DNA from: a virus
IMG/VR virus record: IMGVR_UViG_3300036715_001290
Span: 1 to 64,000 of that record
Strand: one strand, 5' to 3'
DNA length: 64,000 bases
In this document: piece after piece, positions 20,718-31,585 of the stretch
Numbering within the stretch: the first letter of the stretch is position 1
Layout: every line of letters begins with the position of its first letter
Notes under the pieces: generated by a model
What the model was told of the DNA's origin: nothing
Database searches by the model: none
What the model saw: the letters and a program-made list of their open reading frames with translations, nothing else
Translations under genes and position numbers: made by a program

Positions 20718-22006
20718 TGATCTATAAATCTTTCGTTGGTGCTGATAAAATTGAAAATTATCAGCACTACGGATATAAAAGTCAACAATTTGTTTATACT
20801 GACTTTTTAATTACTGGAAGTGGTATGTATACCATATATGCGACACTACATCCTGAATTATCTATGTCAAATTTCAATCCTAATAATCCTAATTTCATTT
20901 CAAAAGCAATGTATAATAAAATTGCTACACAATATGAAATGAATGAATTGTTTACAAATCCAATTATTTCTGATATAGTATTACCACCTAATGATTCATC
21001 AATTGTTGGTTATAGAATGATATCTTTATCTCATGATGTAATTGGTGATGGTATAAAACCAGAATCAATAAGATTAACTATAAATGTTTCAGGTTCAGGA
21101 CTTGAGCCTTATGATGGCGGTGTAATACATTTATTTGATGATGGTAATAATAACATATACACTATGGATGCATTCAAAATATTATATGAAAGTGATTTTT
21201 ATAATAGTGTTAGTGAATGGATTCCATTAGATAAACAAAAATCATCAATTTCTTTAGATTCAAATAATGGTGCATTACGATTAAATGTTAACGCAACCGG
21301 TTCTACAAATCAAGGATTAAAAATACCAGATGAATTTATTGCTAACCTAAATACTTCATCATCGATGATACTTTCATTTGAATGCATGGCAACTGGTGAT
21401 TTTGTTGGTAAACAAATTAATAGTAATATTGGTTCTCCGGTATTATTAAGTGGTATGACAACCGCATCATTAGATAATATGTGGCAACGAAATGTATACT
21501 ATTTTAATAGTGGTTCAGCTGCATATTCATTTAATCTAAACTTCAGCGGTTCAACAATAAACAATGGTACATTTAGTATTAAAGATGTTACAATGTATTA
21601 TGCAAATGGTACTGCATCAGCCGATAGTATTTATGTAGGTAATGTTTCATATGAAAGTGGAATGATATGTTTATATGATAAAGTTGGACAAATACCTTAT
21701 GGTGATTATTTTGATAAATATAATAGTATTGTAGATTTTAAGTCTACTGTATTATGTTCTGAAAATAATTATATTATAAACATTCACCCAGGTGAGTTTA
21801 ATAAGTCAAACAATCCAACATCGGCAACATTTGATAATGAAACTGGAATATCGGATGATACATTTAATAATGAATATCCAACATTTATATCATGTATAGG
21901 ATTATATAATGATGTAAACGAATTATTGGCAATTGCAAAAGTTCCATACCCACTAGAAAAAAGTAAAAAGTTTCATACTACATTTGTGGTAAAATTAAAT
22001 TATTAA
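20717..22006 (+). CDS. Paralogous baseplate/tail-collar protein with inserted carbohydrate-binding-like domain
   Basis: C-terminal CIGLYNDVNELLAIAKVPYPLEK; central beta-sandwich-like insert. Confidence 0.6.
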   Translation: MIYKSFVGADKIENYQHYGYKSQQFVYTDFLITGSGMYTIYATLHPELSMSNFNPNNPNFISKAMYNKIATQYEMNELFTNPIISDIVLPPNDSSIVGYRMISLSHDVIGDGIKPESIRLTINVSGSGLEPYDGGVIHLFDDGNNNIYTMDAFKILYESDFYNSVSEWIPLDKQKSSISLDSNNGALRLNVNATGSTNQGLKIPDEFIANLNTSSSMILSFECMATGDFVGKQINSNIGSPVLLSGMTTASLDNMWQRNVYYFNSGSAAYSFNLNFSGSTINNGTFSIKDVTMYYANGTASADSIYVGNVSYESGMICLYDKVGQIPYGDYFDKYNSIVDFKSTVLCSENNYIINIHPGEFNKSNNPTSATFDNETGISDDTFNNEYPTFISCIGLYNDVNELLAIAKVPYPLEKSKKFHTTFVVKLNY

Positions 22007-22015
22007 AGGTTATAT

Positions 22016-22528
22016 ATGAAAACTAGGTCCGCAAAAAATAAAGGACGTCGTTTACAAGTGTTTGTACAAAACACACTAAGAGAAATATATTGTAATGAAA
22101 CAACTGAATTAATAGAAGAAGATATTGCATCTAATATTATGTCAGAAAATGGTGTTGATGTTAAATTAACTCCTGCCGCAAAAAAATATATTCCTATGGA
22201 TATTGAATGTAAGAATGTTGAAAACTTAAATATTTTTACAGCAATGGAACAGGCTACCGCAAATTGTAAAAATAACAGAATACCTGTTGTTATATTTAGT
22301 AGAAATAGATTTCCTGAGTTTATATGTTTTCCATATAATAAAATTTATGTATTAAATGAGAATGTAATACATAAAGAAATTAAGTCAGGAAATATCTGGT
22401 TACATGTACATAAAGATACTGATAGTTTTAGTTTTACAATGAAAAATAATATATATTATATTATGAATTATAAAAGCTTTTTAAAGAGGTTTTGTTCAAA
22501 TCCATATAAAATTACAGTCCAACAATAA
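22016..22528 (+). CDS. PD-(D/E)xK nuclease / Holliday junction resolvase-like
   Basis: SAKNKGRRLQ N-terminus, GVDV, IECKN. Confidence 0.75.
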   Translation: MKTRSAKNKGRRLQVFVQNTLREIYCNETTELIEEDIASNIMSENGVDVKLTPAAKKYIPMDIECKNVENLNIFTAMEQATANCKNNRIPVVIFSRNRFPEFICFPYNKIYVLNENVIHKEIKSGNIWLHVHKDTDSFSFTMKNNIYYIMNYKSFLKRFCSNPYKITVQQ

Positions 22529-22680
22529 AAAGCATCTGGTCATCATCTGAGAGTGCCATTTATGCATTGATTTGGGATAGTTGTGGTTAATTTTAACAGA
22601 ACCTGAAAAATTATGATTTTTGTGAATATAATTTGTGAATATTACAATATATTTATTTTTAACAAATAATAGGTTATAAA

Positions 22681-22935
22681 ATGTACATACATACCACTCC
22701 AGTGTGGATAGAAAAATCAATAGGTATTGAACCCATAGCAGTTAATTATGATGGTGATATTATTGAATTTTTAGTACCTCATACATTTATATTAAATGAT
22801 AATCATATTTATGAATTAAAATATTATTTTAATTATGATAGATTGGAAATTTCTGCATTAATGAATGTTACGGATAATATATATTTGAAAATTACAATGC
22901 GTTCTAGAACGTTCAATTCAAGTGATTCGGAATAG
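22681..22935 (+). CDS. Hypothetical protein
   Basis: 84-aa ORF with AGGT RBS and an ATATTTATT motif at 22649. Confidence 0.5.
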   Translation: MYIHTTPVWIEKSIGIEPIAVNYDGDIIEFLVPHTFILNDNHIYELKYYFNYDRLEISALMNVTDNIYLKITMRSRTFNSSDSE

Positions 22936-22940
22936 TTTTT

Positions 22941-23915
22941 ATGTATGAAGTTCAATCACTCCTTGAAGCCGCTATAAATCAAAAAGGCATTCTTAAAGGA
23001 AATGAAGTTATGTTTTGGTGTCCAAAATGTAATAAGTCATTTTCTAATAAAAAGATGTCTATAAATATAAATCCAAAATCTCCAAAATATGGACATTGGC
23101 ATTGTTGGGTTTGTGAAAATGATAGCGGTACTCGTGGTAAACGAATTAAAACTTTTTTTGATTTATATAAAGTAGATCCTACATATTATCATAAGTTAGA
23201 TTATGATTATGTACAAAATAATGGTTCACCAAAAATACCAGATCATAGACAACGATTAGTAGTAAATTTACCTGCCGAATTTATATCACTTAAGAATCCA
23301 ACAAAAGGTGATACATATAAAATAGCTATGGCATATTTGAAAAAACGTAATATTACATATTCTGATATAATAAAATATAATTTAGGATATTGTGATGTAG
23401 GCCCATTTGCAAATATGATTATTATTCCATCATATGATTCATTTGGTAAATTGAATTATTTTGCTGGTAGATCATTAGAAAAATACACTCGCTTCAAATA
23501 CAAATATCCTGAGATTGATAAAAGTTCAATAGTATTTAATGAACTATTTATAAATTGGGATGAACCTGTGGTTTTGGTTGAAGGACCATTTGATTTTTTA
23601 GCAACTAAAATAAATACTATTGCATTATTAGGTAAAAGTATTTGTGATGATATGAAAGAACTGTTGGCTGAAAAACGTATAAAGGAAATATATTTATGTT
23701 TAGATTCGGATGCAATGAAAACTGCAATAAAGCATACTGAGTACTTTATTAAAAGAGGTATAAAAGTATACTTTATTGAACTTGATAAAAAGGATCCAAG
23801 TGAATTAGGATTTAATAAAATGAAAGAATATTTATTATCAGCAACACCGGTTGGTGTAAATGATTTTAGGAAAATGTTAATGCTCAAACTAAAGGCAACA
23901 AATAAGGTTAATTAA
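22941..23915 (+). CDS. DNA primase (Zn finger + TOPRIM)
   Basis: CPKC...HCWVC; YFAGR; VEGPFD; LDSDA; KDPSE. Confidence 0.9.
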   Translation: MYEVQSLLEAAINQKGILKGNEVMFWCPKCNKSFSNKKMSININPKSPKYGHWHCWVCENDSGTRGKRIKTFFDLYKVDPTYYHKLDYDYVQNNGSPKIPDHRQRLVVNLPAEFISLKNPTKGDTYKIAMAYLKKRNITYSDIIKYNLGYCDVGPFANMIIIPSYDSFGKLNYFAGRSLEKYTRFKYKYPEIDKSSIVFNELFINWDEPVVLVEGPFDFLATKINTIALLGKSICDDMKELLAEKRIKEIYLCLDSDAMKTAIKHTEYFIKRGIKVYFIELDKKDPSELGFNKMKEYLLSATPVGVNDFRKMLMLKLKATNKVN

Positions 23916-26900
23916 TGGATTATATTAAATTAAATATAAAAAGAGATGTTAAAAAAATAATTCATCTTGCTGATATTCATATAAGACAATATAAAAGATA
24001 TGAAGAATATGAAGAAGTATTCAAGGAAATGCATAATGAAGTTAAAAAACATTATGATGAAAATACATTAATTGCCGTACTTGGAGATGTTGTTCATTCT
24101 AAAAATGAACTATCACCTGAGTTAGTTGAATTAACTGCTTATTTTCTAAAATCATTATCAGATATAGGTCCTACAATATTAGTTGCAGGAAATCACGATG
24201 CAAACCTTAATAATAAAAATAGAATAGATTCATTAACACCAATTGTTAATTTAATAAGTAATGATAATTTATTTTATTTAAGATCATCTGGACTATACAC
24301 GGTTGGTAATTTATGTTTTTCGGTTATGTCAGTTTTTGATGAAATGACTCATTATATAAAAGCTAAAGATATTGATGACAAATATGTAAAGATTGCATGT
24401 TATCATGGTCCTCTTAATGGTGTAAAGAATGATTCTAATTATACACTATCAGGTAAGATGACTAATATGTTTTTTACAGGATATGATTCGGTATTATTAG
24501 GAGATATACATAATAGACAAATAGTATCAAAAAAACCACTGATAGTTTACCCTGGTAGTTTATTATGCCAAAATTATGGTGAACATCCAACGGATCATGG
24601 ATTTGCTGTACATGATATTGATACTATGACATGTACATTTGTTGATGTTAAAAATGATTATAGTTATTATACAATAGATGTTGATGATTCTTTAGTTATA
24701 CCAAAAGTTAATATACAATCAAAACATCCAAGAATACGTGTTAGATTTAAAGATGTTAAGTTAGAATTGATTGCTGGAACTTTAGATGTTATAAAAAGAA
24801 CATATCATCCATCGGAATTAATATATGTTAAAAATAATACGGTAGCAAATAATTCAGTTTTTAGTAAAAATCAAATATCTGATATTTCAAATATTAAAAA
24901 TGTTGAAGTACAAAATAAATTTATACAACGTTTTCTAGATAAAAAATATAAATTATCTAAAGATATCGTTCAAGGCATATTGGATGTAAATCAAGAGACA
25001 AATGCTAATGTAAAGTTAGAAACATTCTTTAACACATCAATGTGGAATCTTTTAGAATTTCGTTGGTCAAACATGTTTTCTTTTGGTGAAGATAATTATA
25101 TTAACTTTACTGATATGAATGGTGTTTATGGTTTATTTGGTGCTAATGCTACAGGTAAAAGTAGTTTTAGTGAATCATTAGCTTTTGCATTATTTGATAA
25201 AACATCAAAAGAATCTAAAATGATTAATTTATTAAATGTTAGAAAACAATCTTTCAAATGTTCAATAACGTTGGAACATTGTGGTAAAAAATATTTAATA
25301 AGAAGGGTTGGTACAAAAAATAAAAAAGGTACCGCCTTAAAATATGAAATTGATTTTTTTGAATATGAAGGTGATAAATTAGTATCATTAAATGGTGAAG
25401 ATAAATGGGGTACCAATAGAAATATAAGATATATAATTGGTGACTTAGATGATTTCTTATTATCATCATATAGTGTACAAAATGATAATCTAGGATTTGT
25501 TAATAAATCAAATTCAGAAAGAAAAGATATATTATTAAAATTCTTAGGATTAAAAATATTTGACTTATTATTTGATATTGCAAATGTAAAGTTAAAAGAA
25601 TATAATGTATTATTACGTGACATTGATATTGATGCAATTTTAGATGATAAGTTAAAATTAGAAAAGCAAATAAGTATCATACAAAATGATATAGATAAAG
25701 CAAATGAATCTAGTATAAATGTACAACAACAAATAATAGATACTAAAGATAATATACTTAATACCCATAAAACTCTTATACAAATTAATGAAAATGAAAA
25801 TGTTATTGATACTATGCAAATTACAAATGATTTGGAAGCATCAAAGTCAAAATTAAGTTCATTGGAAATTCAATTAAAAGATAATGAAATTAAGATATTA
25901 AAATATAAAGAAGCATATGATATTGCTCAGGATGCTTTAGTTGATAAAGACATTATAATTAAAAAATATCAAGAATATTTAATTGATGAATCACAGTACA
26001 AATCGCTTAAAAAACAGCTTGATATTAATAAGATTGATTTAGATAAATTAGAAAAAGAAGTTGCAACCGTTCATGAACTAGAATATGATCCAAATTGTGA
26101 ATTTTGCCAAAAGAATTTTGGTTATCATTTTGATTCCGTTACATCAAATTATAAGTCACGTAAAGAACGTTATAACGATATGCAAAATGAATGTAATGAC
26201 GCATACACTCGTATGATTAGTCATGATAATATAGTTGACCAATACGGTACCGTTAATTCTATAATAGATAAAGTCCCAAGAATAACAAAGGAAATTTCAT
26301 TACTTAATGATTCAATTGCAGCTACTAAAGCAGCTATAATAAAACATGAAAAACAAATAATAGATTGGACAAATACTTTATCAGAATCAAAAGCAATTGC
26401 GGCAGCACAACTAAATAATAAGAATGCAAATGATAAAATAAAAATATTAGAAAATAGATTAAAAGATGAAGAGTCTAGACTAAATGTATTAAAGACTAAA
26501 GTCATGGATAGTCTAATGAAAATGAATCAAGTATCATCAAAAATAGATGATTATTCTAAAGATATTGATAAACATGCAAATATGGCCTTTAACAAAGAAT
26601 GTCAATCAATGTATTGTGATATTGTTAAAAGAGATGGTATACCTTATGAAATAATTTTAGATATCTTACCTCAAGTCGAAGTTGAAGTTAATAATATATT
26701 ATCACAGATTGTTGATTTTTCTTTACTTATATTACCTGATGAAAATAAAAACATCAATATTTATATAGTATACGATACGGAGCGCTATTGGAATCTTGAT
26801 CTTGGTAGTGGAATGGAAAAGTTTATTTCATCATTAGCATTAAGAATTGCATTAACAAATCTATCAAATTTACCAAGACCTAACTTCTTAATAATTGATG

Positions 26901-27100
26901 AAGGTTGGGGTAATCTTGATAGTGAAAATATAGGTTCAATACAAAGGTTATTTGATTATCTTAGAAGCAAATATAAGTTTATATTAGTTATAAGTCATAT
27001 TGATTCGATAAAAGATTCCGTAGATAGTATAATAGATATTAAATTAAAGGATACTTTTAGTAAAATAGAATATGGCAACACTAGCACAACAATTACTTAA
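23915..27100 (+). CDS. Fused SbcD-SbcC (Mre11-Rad50, gp47-gp46) recombination nuclease
   Basis: ADIH, GDVVH, GNHD, GDIH metallophosphoesterase; Walker A GANATGKSS; Zn hook CEFC; GSGMEK signature; IIDEGWGNLD; VISH. Confidence 0.93.
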   Translation: MDYIKLNIKRDVKKIIHLADIHIRQYKRYEEYEEVFKEMHNEVKKHYDENTLIAVLGDVVHSKNELSPELVELTAYFLKSLSDIGPTILVAGNHDANLNNKNRIDSLTPIVNLISNDNLFYLRSSGLYTVGNLCFSVMSVFDEMTHYIKAKDIDDKYVKIACYHGPLNGVKNDSNYTLSGKMTNMFFTGYDSVLLGDIHNRQIVSKKPLIVYPGSLLCQNYGEHPTDHGFAVHDIDTMTCTFVDVKNDYSYYTIDVDDSLVIPKVNIQSKHPRIRVRFKDVKLELIAGTLDVIKRTYHPSELIYVKNNTVANNSVFSKNQISDISNIKNVEVQNKFIQRFLDKKYKLSKDIVQGILDVNQETNANVKLETFFNTSMWNLLEFRWSNMFSFGEDNYINFTDMNGVYGLFGANATGKSSFSESLAFALFDKTSKESKMINLLNVRKQSFKCSITLEHCGKKYLIRRVGTKNKKGTALKYEIDFFEYEGDKLVSLNGEDKWGTNRNIRYIIGDLDDFLLSSYSVQNDNLGFVNKSNSERKDILLKFLGLKIFDLLFDIANVKLKEYNVLLRDIDIDAILDDKLKLEKQISIIQNDIDKANESSINVQQQIIDTKDNILNTHKTLIQINENENVIDTMQITNDLEASKSKLSSLEIQLKDNEIKILKYKEAYDIAQDALVDKDIIIKKYQEYLIDESQYKSLKKQLDINKIDLDKLEKEVATVHELEYDPNCEFCQKNFGYHFDSVTSNYKSRKERYNDMQNECNDAYTRMISHDNIVDQYGTVNSIIDKVPRITKEISLLNDSIAATKAAIIKHEKQIIDWTNTLSESKAIAAAQLNNKNANDKIKILENRLKDEESRLNVLKTKVMDSLMKMNQVSSKIDDYSKDIDKHANMAFNKECQSMYCDIVKRDGIPYEIILDILPQVEVEVNNILSQIVDFSLLILPDENKNINIYIVYDTERYWNLDLGSGMEKFISSLALRIALTNLSNLPRPNFLIIDEGWGNLDSENIGSIQRLFDYLRSKYKFILVISHIDSIKDSVDSIIDIKLKDTFSKIEYGNTSTTIT

Positions 27101-29516
27101 AAATAAATTAGTTGAAAATTTACACTTAATTGATGCAGTAGAATCTAATGCATTTGTAATTTCTGGCCTACCTGCGGAATGTTCGTATGGTAGGCATTCT
27201 TTTTTATTATACACTAATGATGATAGTGTAAATGGTAAAATACAAATACAATTAGAAATATTAGATTCGTTACAAAATAGAGTCGATTATAGTTATGAAA
27301 ATTATAAAGAATCTAATAAAATATTAGTTACTGTTATTATTGATGAACCACTTGAAAATGGTAATGCAACTATGACTTTAATTTTTAAGAATAAAAACGG
27401 TGATACGTTAAAACAATATCATTATTTTAATATAAACAAATCAACACAAAATACATCAACACTTCGATTTGCAACAAATCCAATAATAAATGCAAACGTT
27501 ATTAAAAAATATGTACAAGGATATGATTATAATAGATTTTCACAATCATTAAATGTAACAAATTCATATACAGAATTAATTGATAATGCCCCAGAACGTC
27601 GTATGATTAAATATAAGGCCGATGTTTATAACACTGATTATACATATATAAACCTCTTATTACCTGATAATTTAACAAGTAGTCAACAAACTTTAGTTGG
27701 TGCAAAAGTGACTATACCTGATAGTGCTTTTTCATATTTAGGTTCAAATTATATAACATCTTCATTTACAGCAACTATACAATCATATGTTTCAGCAGGC
27801 CCATCAAATTATTATAAATTTAAGTTAAATGCAATACCAAAATCATACAATAATACAGATGGATTATATTATAATGTTACCGCATCTACACACACTACAT
27901 TTATAGAATATTTTAATAAATCAACAGATATAATAAATACTATAAATTCATATTATAATAATTATGTAAGAATAACTGCTGATAATCTAAAATTACTATC
28001 AGGTAAAATTGATTCAATTGATGTTTATAAAAAATCATATATGAATGATCATAATTCATTTGAATTTGTCTATTCATTTGATACTTCAAAATTTAACATA
28101 TTACAATATACATATAATACACTATCATATGATGCAGGTAATTTTTCAAACTATTTTTCAGGATCTTTATTTGATACATCAAAATTTAATAATATTTGGA
28201 GATTAGGTTATAATCAAGTAATTGATTCTACATCATTAATAAACACAACATTAAATAATGATTATTTTTCAAATGCATTGTGTATAAATAATAGTGATAA
28301 CTTATTTTTATCAGGTTCAACATTTCTTATGTTAAACAATAACATAGAATTAGTTCCACATTCTAATTATGAAATTATTTATGATTTTGCTGCTGATTAT
28401 TCATCAACCACATCTAACACATCATTTAATTGGAATGTTAGTATTAATAATCAAAGTTATAATAGATTATATAATGATATTGCAACACCAATTATTAAAA
28501 CAATGATAAAAATAAATGAATCAATAAAGTTTAATTCTGAAAATAATACATCCTTATCATTAGGATTTTGGGGTCATATTGATAACTTTACTAGTTCATC
28601 AATGTCATTAAGATTAGGTAATATAAAGATTCGTAGAATTGATGCATATTCTGGATTTAATAATACTAATTATATTTTTGATGTACCTATAAGTAATACA
28701 AATATAGATGCAACTATTTTTAAGTTAAAGTATAAAAACACAATAGGATATTCTTCATTTGAAAGTGATACATTATTACCTCTAGTAAATAATAATTTAA
28801 ATGATACATATTTAGTTTCAAATGCATCACATGTTGCAAATAGAGGAAGTATACATTATACATCATCAGGAACAACAGATTATTATATTAATATAAATGA
28901 TTATACACTAATATATTCCGGTTCATATAATATGAATTATTATTTACCTGAATATGCATATTATGGTAAAGAATATTATATAAAATCATTAGGGCCTGGG
29001 AAAATAACAATGACACTTGGTACTGCATCTGCTAATTTTTTTGAAGATGAATCAGGTTTTGATACAGCCGGTCCAGATATTTTCCCAGGTGAAAATTATA
29101 CATTTAAGTTTATAAAAAACAATAATAATAATGCTTGGGTTGTAACTAATAAATTTTTAATGACAAGTAGTTATGCTAATATGTTTGGAATTGGTACATC
29201 TAATACAAACAGTACATTACAATTAAGTGGTTCATTTGGTGTATCCGTATTAAAAACAACAAATAATATAGCATTAGGAATTGACCATTATTTTGTACTA
29301 TGTGACACATCAGCAAATAATATATTAGTAAATCTACCATATGCACAAGACTGTTTTGGTAGGATTTATGTAATTAAAAAAATATCAGGATCATATACGG
29401 TAACAATATCTGGAGTTTTAGGTCAATTAATTGACAATTCCAGTTCACAAACAATAACATCGGCATATACATCAATAAGTATTATTTCAGATGGTGCAAA
29501 CTGGTGGATAACATAG
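27072..29516 (+). CDS. Virion/fibre-associated protein with C-terminal fibre-tip-like domains
   Basis: 814 aa; C-terminal NLP...GRIYVIKK...ISDGANW domain shared with 50556..52103. Confidence 0.6.
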   Translation: MATLAQQLLKNKLVENLHLIDAVESNAFVISGLPAECSYGRHSFLLYTNDDSVNGKIQIQLEILDSLQNRVDYSYENYKESNKILVTVIIDEPLENGNATMTLIFKNKNGDTLKQYHYFNINKSTQNTSTLRFATNPIINANVIKKYVQGYDYNRFSQSLNVTNSYTELIDNAPERRMIKYKADVYNTDYTYINLLLPDNLTSSQQTLVGAKVTIPDSAFSYLGSNYITSSFTATIQSYVSAGPSNYYKFKLNAIPKSYNNTDGLYYNVTASTHTTFIEYFNKSTDIINTINSYYNNYVRITADNLKLLSGKIDSIDVYKKSYMNDHNSFEFVYSFDTSKFNILQYTYNTLSYDAGNFSNYFSGSLFDTSKFNNIWRLGYNQVIDSTSLINTTLNNDYFSNALCINNSDNLFLSGSTFLMLNNNIELVPHSNYEIIYDFAADYSSTTSNTSFNWNVSINNQSYNRLYNDIATPIIKTMIKINESIKFNSENNTSLSLGFWGHIDNFTSSSMSLRLGNIKIRRIDAYSGFNNTNYIFDVPISNTNIDATIFKLKYKNTIGYSSFESDTLLPLVNNNLNDTYLVSNASHVANRGSIHYTSSGTTDYYININDYTLIYSGSYNMNYYLPEYAYYGKEYYIKSLGPGKITMTLGTASANFFEDESGFDTAGPDIFPGENYTFKFIKNNNNNAWVVTNKFLMTSSYANMFGIGTSNTNSTLQLSGSFGVSVLKTTNNIALGIDHYFVLCDTSANNILVNLPYAQDCFGRIYVIKKISGSYTVTISGVLGQLIDNSSSQTITSAYTSISIISDGANWWIT

Positions 29517-29526
29517 GAGATATAAT

Positions 29527-30742
29527 ATGTCATATATAGAAGATATAAGAATATCATCTGCAAATTCAATGTCAACAGATGCTTTTGGTAGATTTAGAGT
29601 ATCAGAAGCGCATACTTTATTTGATAGCAAAAACTTAAATGAATCCGGATCTTTATTTTGGGATTCATTAACAACCGGTGGGGGGAAGTATACTATATTC
29701 TACATCATCTAATGAAACGGTGTTATAAGTATCAAATGGTAATGTTGGTAGATCTGTTAATCAAACAAAACGTAGATTTAATTATTGCCCAGGGAAAAGT
29801 CAATTATTTATGCTAACTGGTATTTTAGGTACTAGTTCATCAGGTATAATAAAGCGTATATGTGGATATGATGATAATAATGGAATATATTTTATGACAT
29901 CAGGATCTCAATTTTATGTTGGTTTAAGAAATAATATATCAGGAGCAGTTATTGATACCGTTATACCACAATCATCATTTAATATTGATATAATGGATGG
30001 TTCTGGACCAAGTAAAGTAATATTAGATTTAACTAAAAATCAAATATTTCATTTTGATTATCAGTGGTTGGGTGTAGGTCGTGTACGAATGGGCATAAAT
30101 TATAGAGGTGATAATATATGCATGCATGAATTTTATAATGCAAATGAAACATGTGGTGTTTATATTGGTACACCTAACTTACCAATTAGATATGAAATTA
30201 TAAATTCAGGATCTGGTCAAGCTAGCTATATTAGACAAATATGTTCTACCGTTATAACTGACACCGGTCAAGAAGTTAATGGACAAATGGGATCTAATGG
30301 ATGTAATGTTGGAATTTCAGTTACGACCGGACAAAAGATTGGTGTTGTTGGTATACGATTAAAATCAACATATATAGACACTACGGTTGTACCTAATATA
30401 TTATCATTATTAGGCACTAGTACAAATAGGAATTATAGATGGTTTGTTAGTATTAATCCTAGTATATCAACATCAGGTTCTTTAATTTGGCAAGATGGTA
30501 CCGTACGTCCAGTAGAATATGCTACTAGTAGTGCTAGTGTACCTGCAACTATTACAAATGAAGGTGTTGTATTATATCAAGGTTATGTATCAAATTCAAA
30601 TCCAAGTATTACATTTCCTACAAATACTACATTATTAATAGGTACCGATATTAATAATAAACCTGATGAACTTTGGTTATGTACTGATAATTTTGAAGGT
30701 GCAAATACCTTTTATGGTGCAATAAATTGGATATCTATGTAA
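29527..30742 (+). pseudogene. Disrupted ~404-aa virion protein gene (extra G in G6 run plus in-frame TAA)
   Basis: DAFGRFRVSE N-part (29527..) continues in the +1 frame as GGGSILYSTSSNETVL*VSNGNVGRSVNQTKRRFNYCPGKSQL into 29810..30742; G6 at 29680-29685, TAA at 29726-29728. Confidence 0.75.
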
Positions 30743-30756
30743 TTTCAAATTGTTTT

Positions 30757-30765
30757 ATATTTATA
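30757..30765 (+). promoter_or_regulatory. Putative late promoter ATATTTATA
   Basis: 30 nt upstream of ATG 30796 (lysis genes). Confidence 0.6.
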
Positions 30766-30795
30766 ATAAAATCATTAATTAAATGGAGTTATATT

Positions 30796-31089
30796 ATGTT
30801 TGGATTCGTTTCTGAGTTTTTAAAGAAAGAAAATGCAAAAAAATTAGCAACTATGCTAATCGTATCCGTTCTTTCTATGATATTTATTGTTTATAATTTT
30901 GTAGAATTTTCTACATTTCTTATAACGTTCGTTAAAGCAATTGCAGGTATTATGATATTTTGGTGGGTAGATGAATACTTACTAAAAGGTGTTGATACAA
31001 TTCAAGAAATATTAAAAGGAAATATTGCATATGCGTTATTCTTATTTTCTATCGCTGCTATTATTGTTGGCGCTATTGTCGCTGGGTAA
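30796..31089 (+). CDS. Putative holin (3 TM, DUF350-like C-terminus)
   Basis: GGAG RBS before ATG 30796; three hydrophobic helices; EILKGNIAYAL; overlaps the endolysin. Confidence 0.65.
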   Translation: MFGFVSEFLKKENAKKLATMLIVSVLSMIFIVYNFVEFSTFLITFVKAIAGIMIFWWVDEYLLKGVDTIQEILKGNIAYALFLFSIAAIIVGAIVAG

Positions 31090-31585
31090 TATCCCACAAA
31101 AAAGCACAACACCACATGTAGATACTGCATTAACATATGTAGGAACTATGGAAGCAACTGGTCATAATGACGGTCCAGTAGTTGAAAAATTCTTACATAG
31201 TGTAGGACGCCATAAAGGAGATTCTTGGTGTGCCGCATTTGCTTCATATTGCATGCAAGCAGCTCACGTAAAAGCACCTACATTAAAAAGTGGTATGGCT
31301 CAAGCATATTTTAATAAAAAATCAATTAAAACAAATGATGTATTAATTGGTAAAAAGAAAATAACTAAAGGTTATTTAGTTATTTGGAAACATGGTAATA
31401 CAATGTCAGGTCATATTGGTATAGTTACTGGTGATTGGACAAATAAAAGTGGCCCAACAGTTGAAGGAAATACATCAGGACCAACAGGCAGTCAATGGGA
31501 CGGTGGTGGTGTATACAAAAAGATTAGATATTTACAACCAGCAAATGCATTCAGAATTATAGGATTCTCGGAGGTTACTTATTAA
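31031..31585 (+). CDS. CHAP-family endolysin with N-terminal signal/SAR helix
   Basis: WCAAF (Cys), SGHIGIV (His), TVEGNT; hydrophobic N-terminus FLSLLLLLALLSLG. Confidence 0.85.
   Translation: MRYSYFLSLLLLLALLSLGNIPQKSTTPHVDTALTYVGTMEATGHNDGPVVEKFLHSVGRHKGDSWCAAFASYCMQAAHVKAPTLKSGMAQAYFNKKSIKTNDVLIGKKKITKGYLVIWKHGNTMSGHIGIVTGDWTNKSGPTVEGNTSGPTGSQWDGGGVYKKIRYLQPANAFRIIGFSEVTY

Noticed and set aside
22529-22680. Intergenic direct repeat TTTGTGAATAT x2 as a Bacteroidota-type promoter
   Set aside because: No exact TAnnTTTG -7 element found; too short and AT-rich to support
29726-29728. Genome-wide stop-codon reassignment
   Set aside because: TAA ends most genes correctly and long ORFs are intact under the standard code; in-frame stops are isolated
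30727-30795. Track start 30727 for the holin (also 1518, 42316, 55685 for their genes)
   Set aside because: Downstream ATGs at 30796, 1626, 42334 and 55760 have better-placed RBSs
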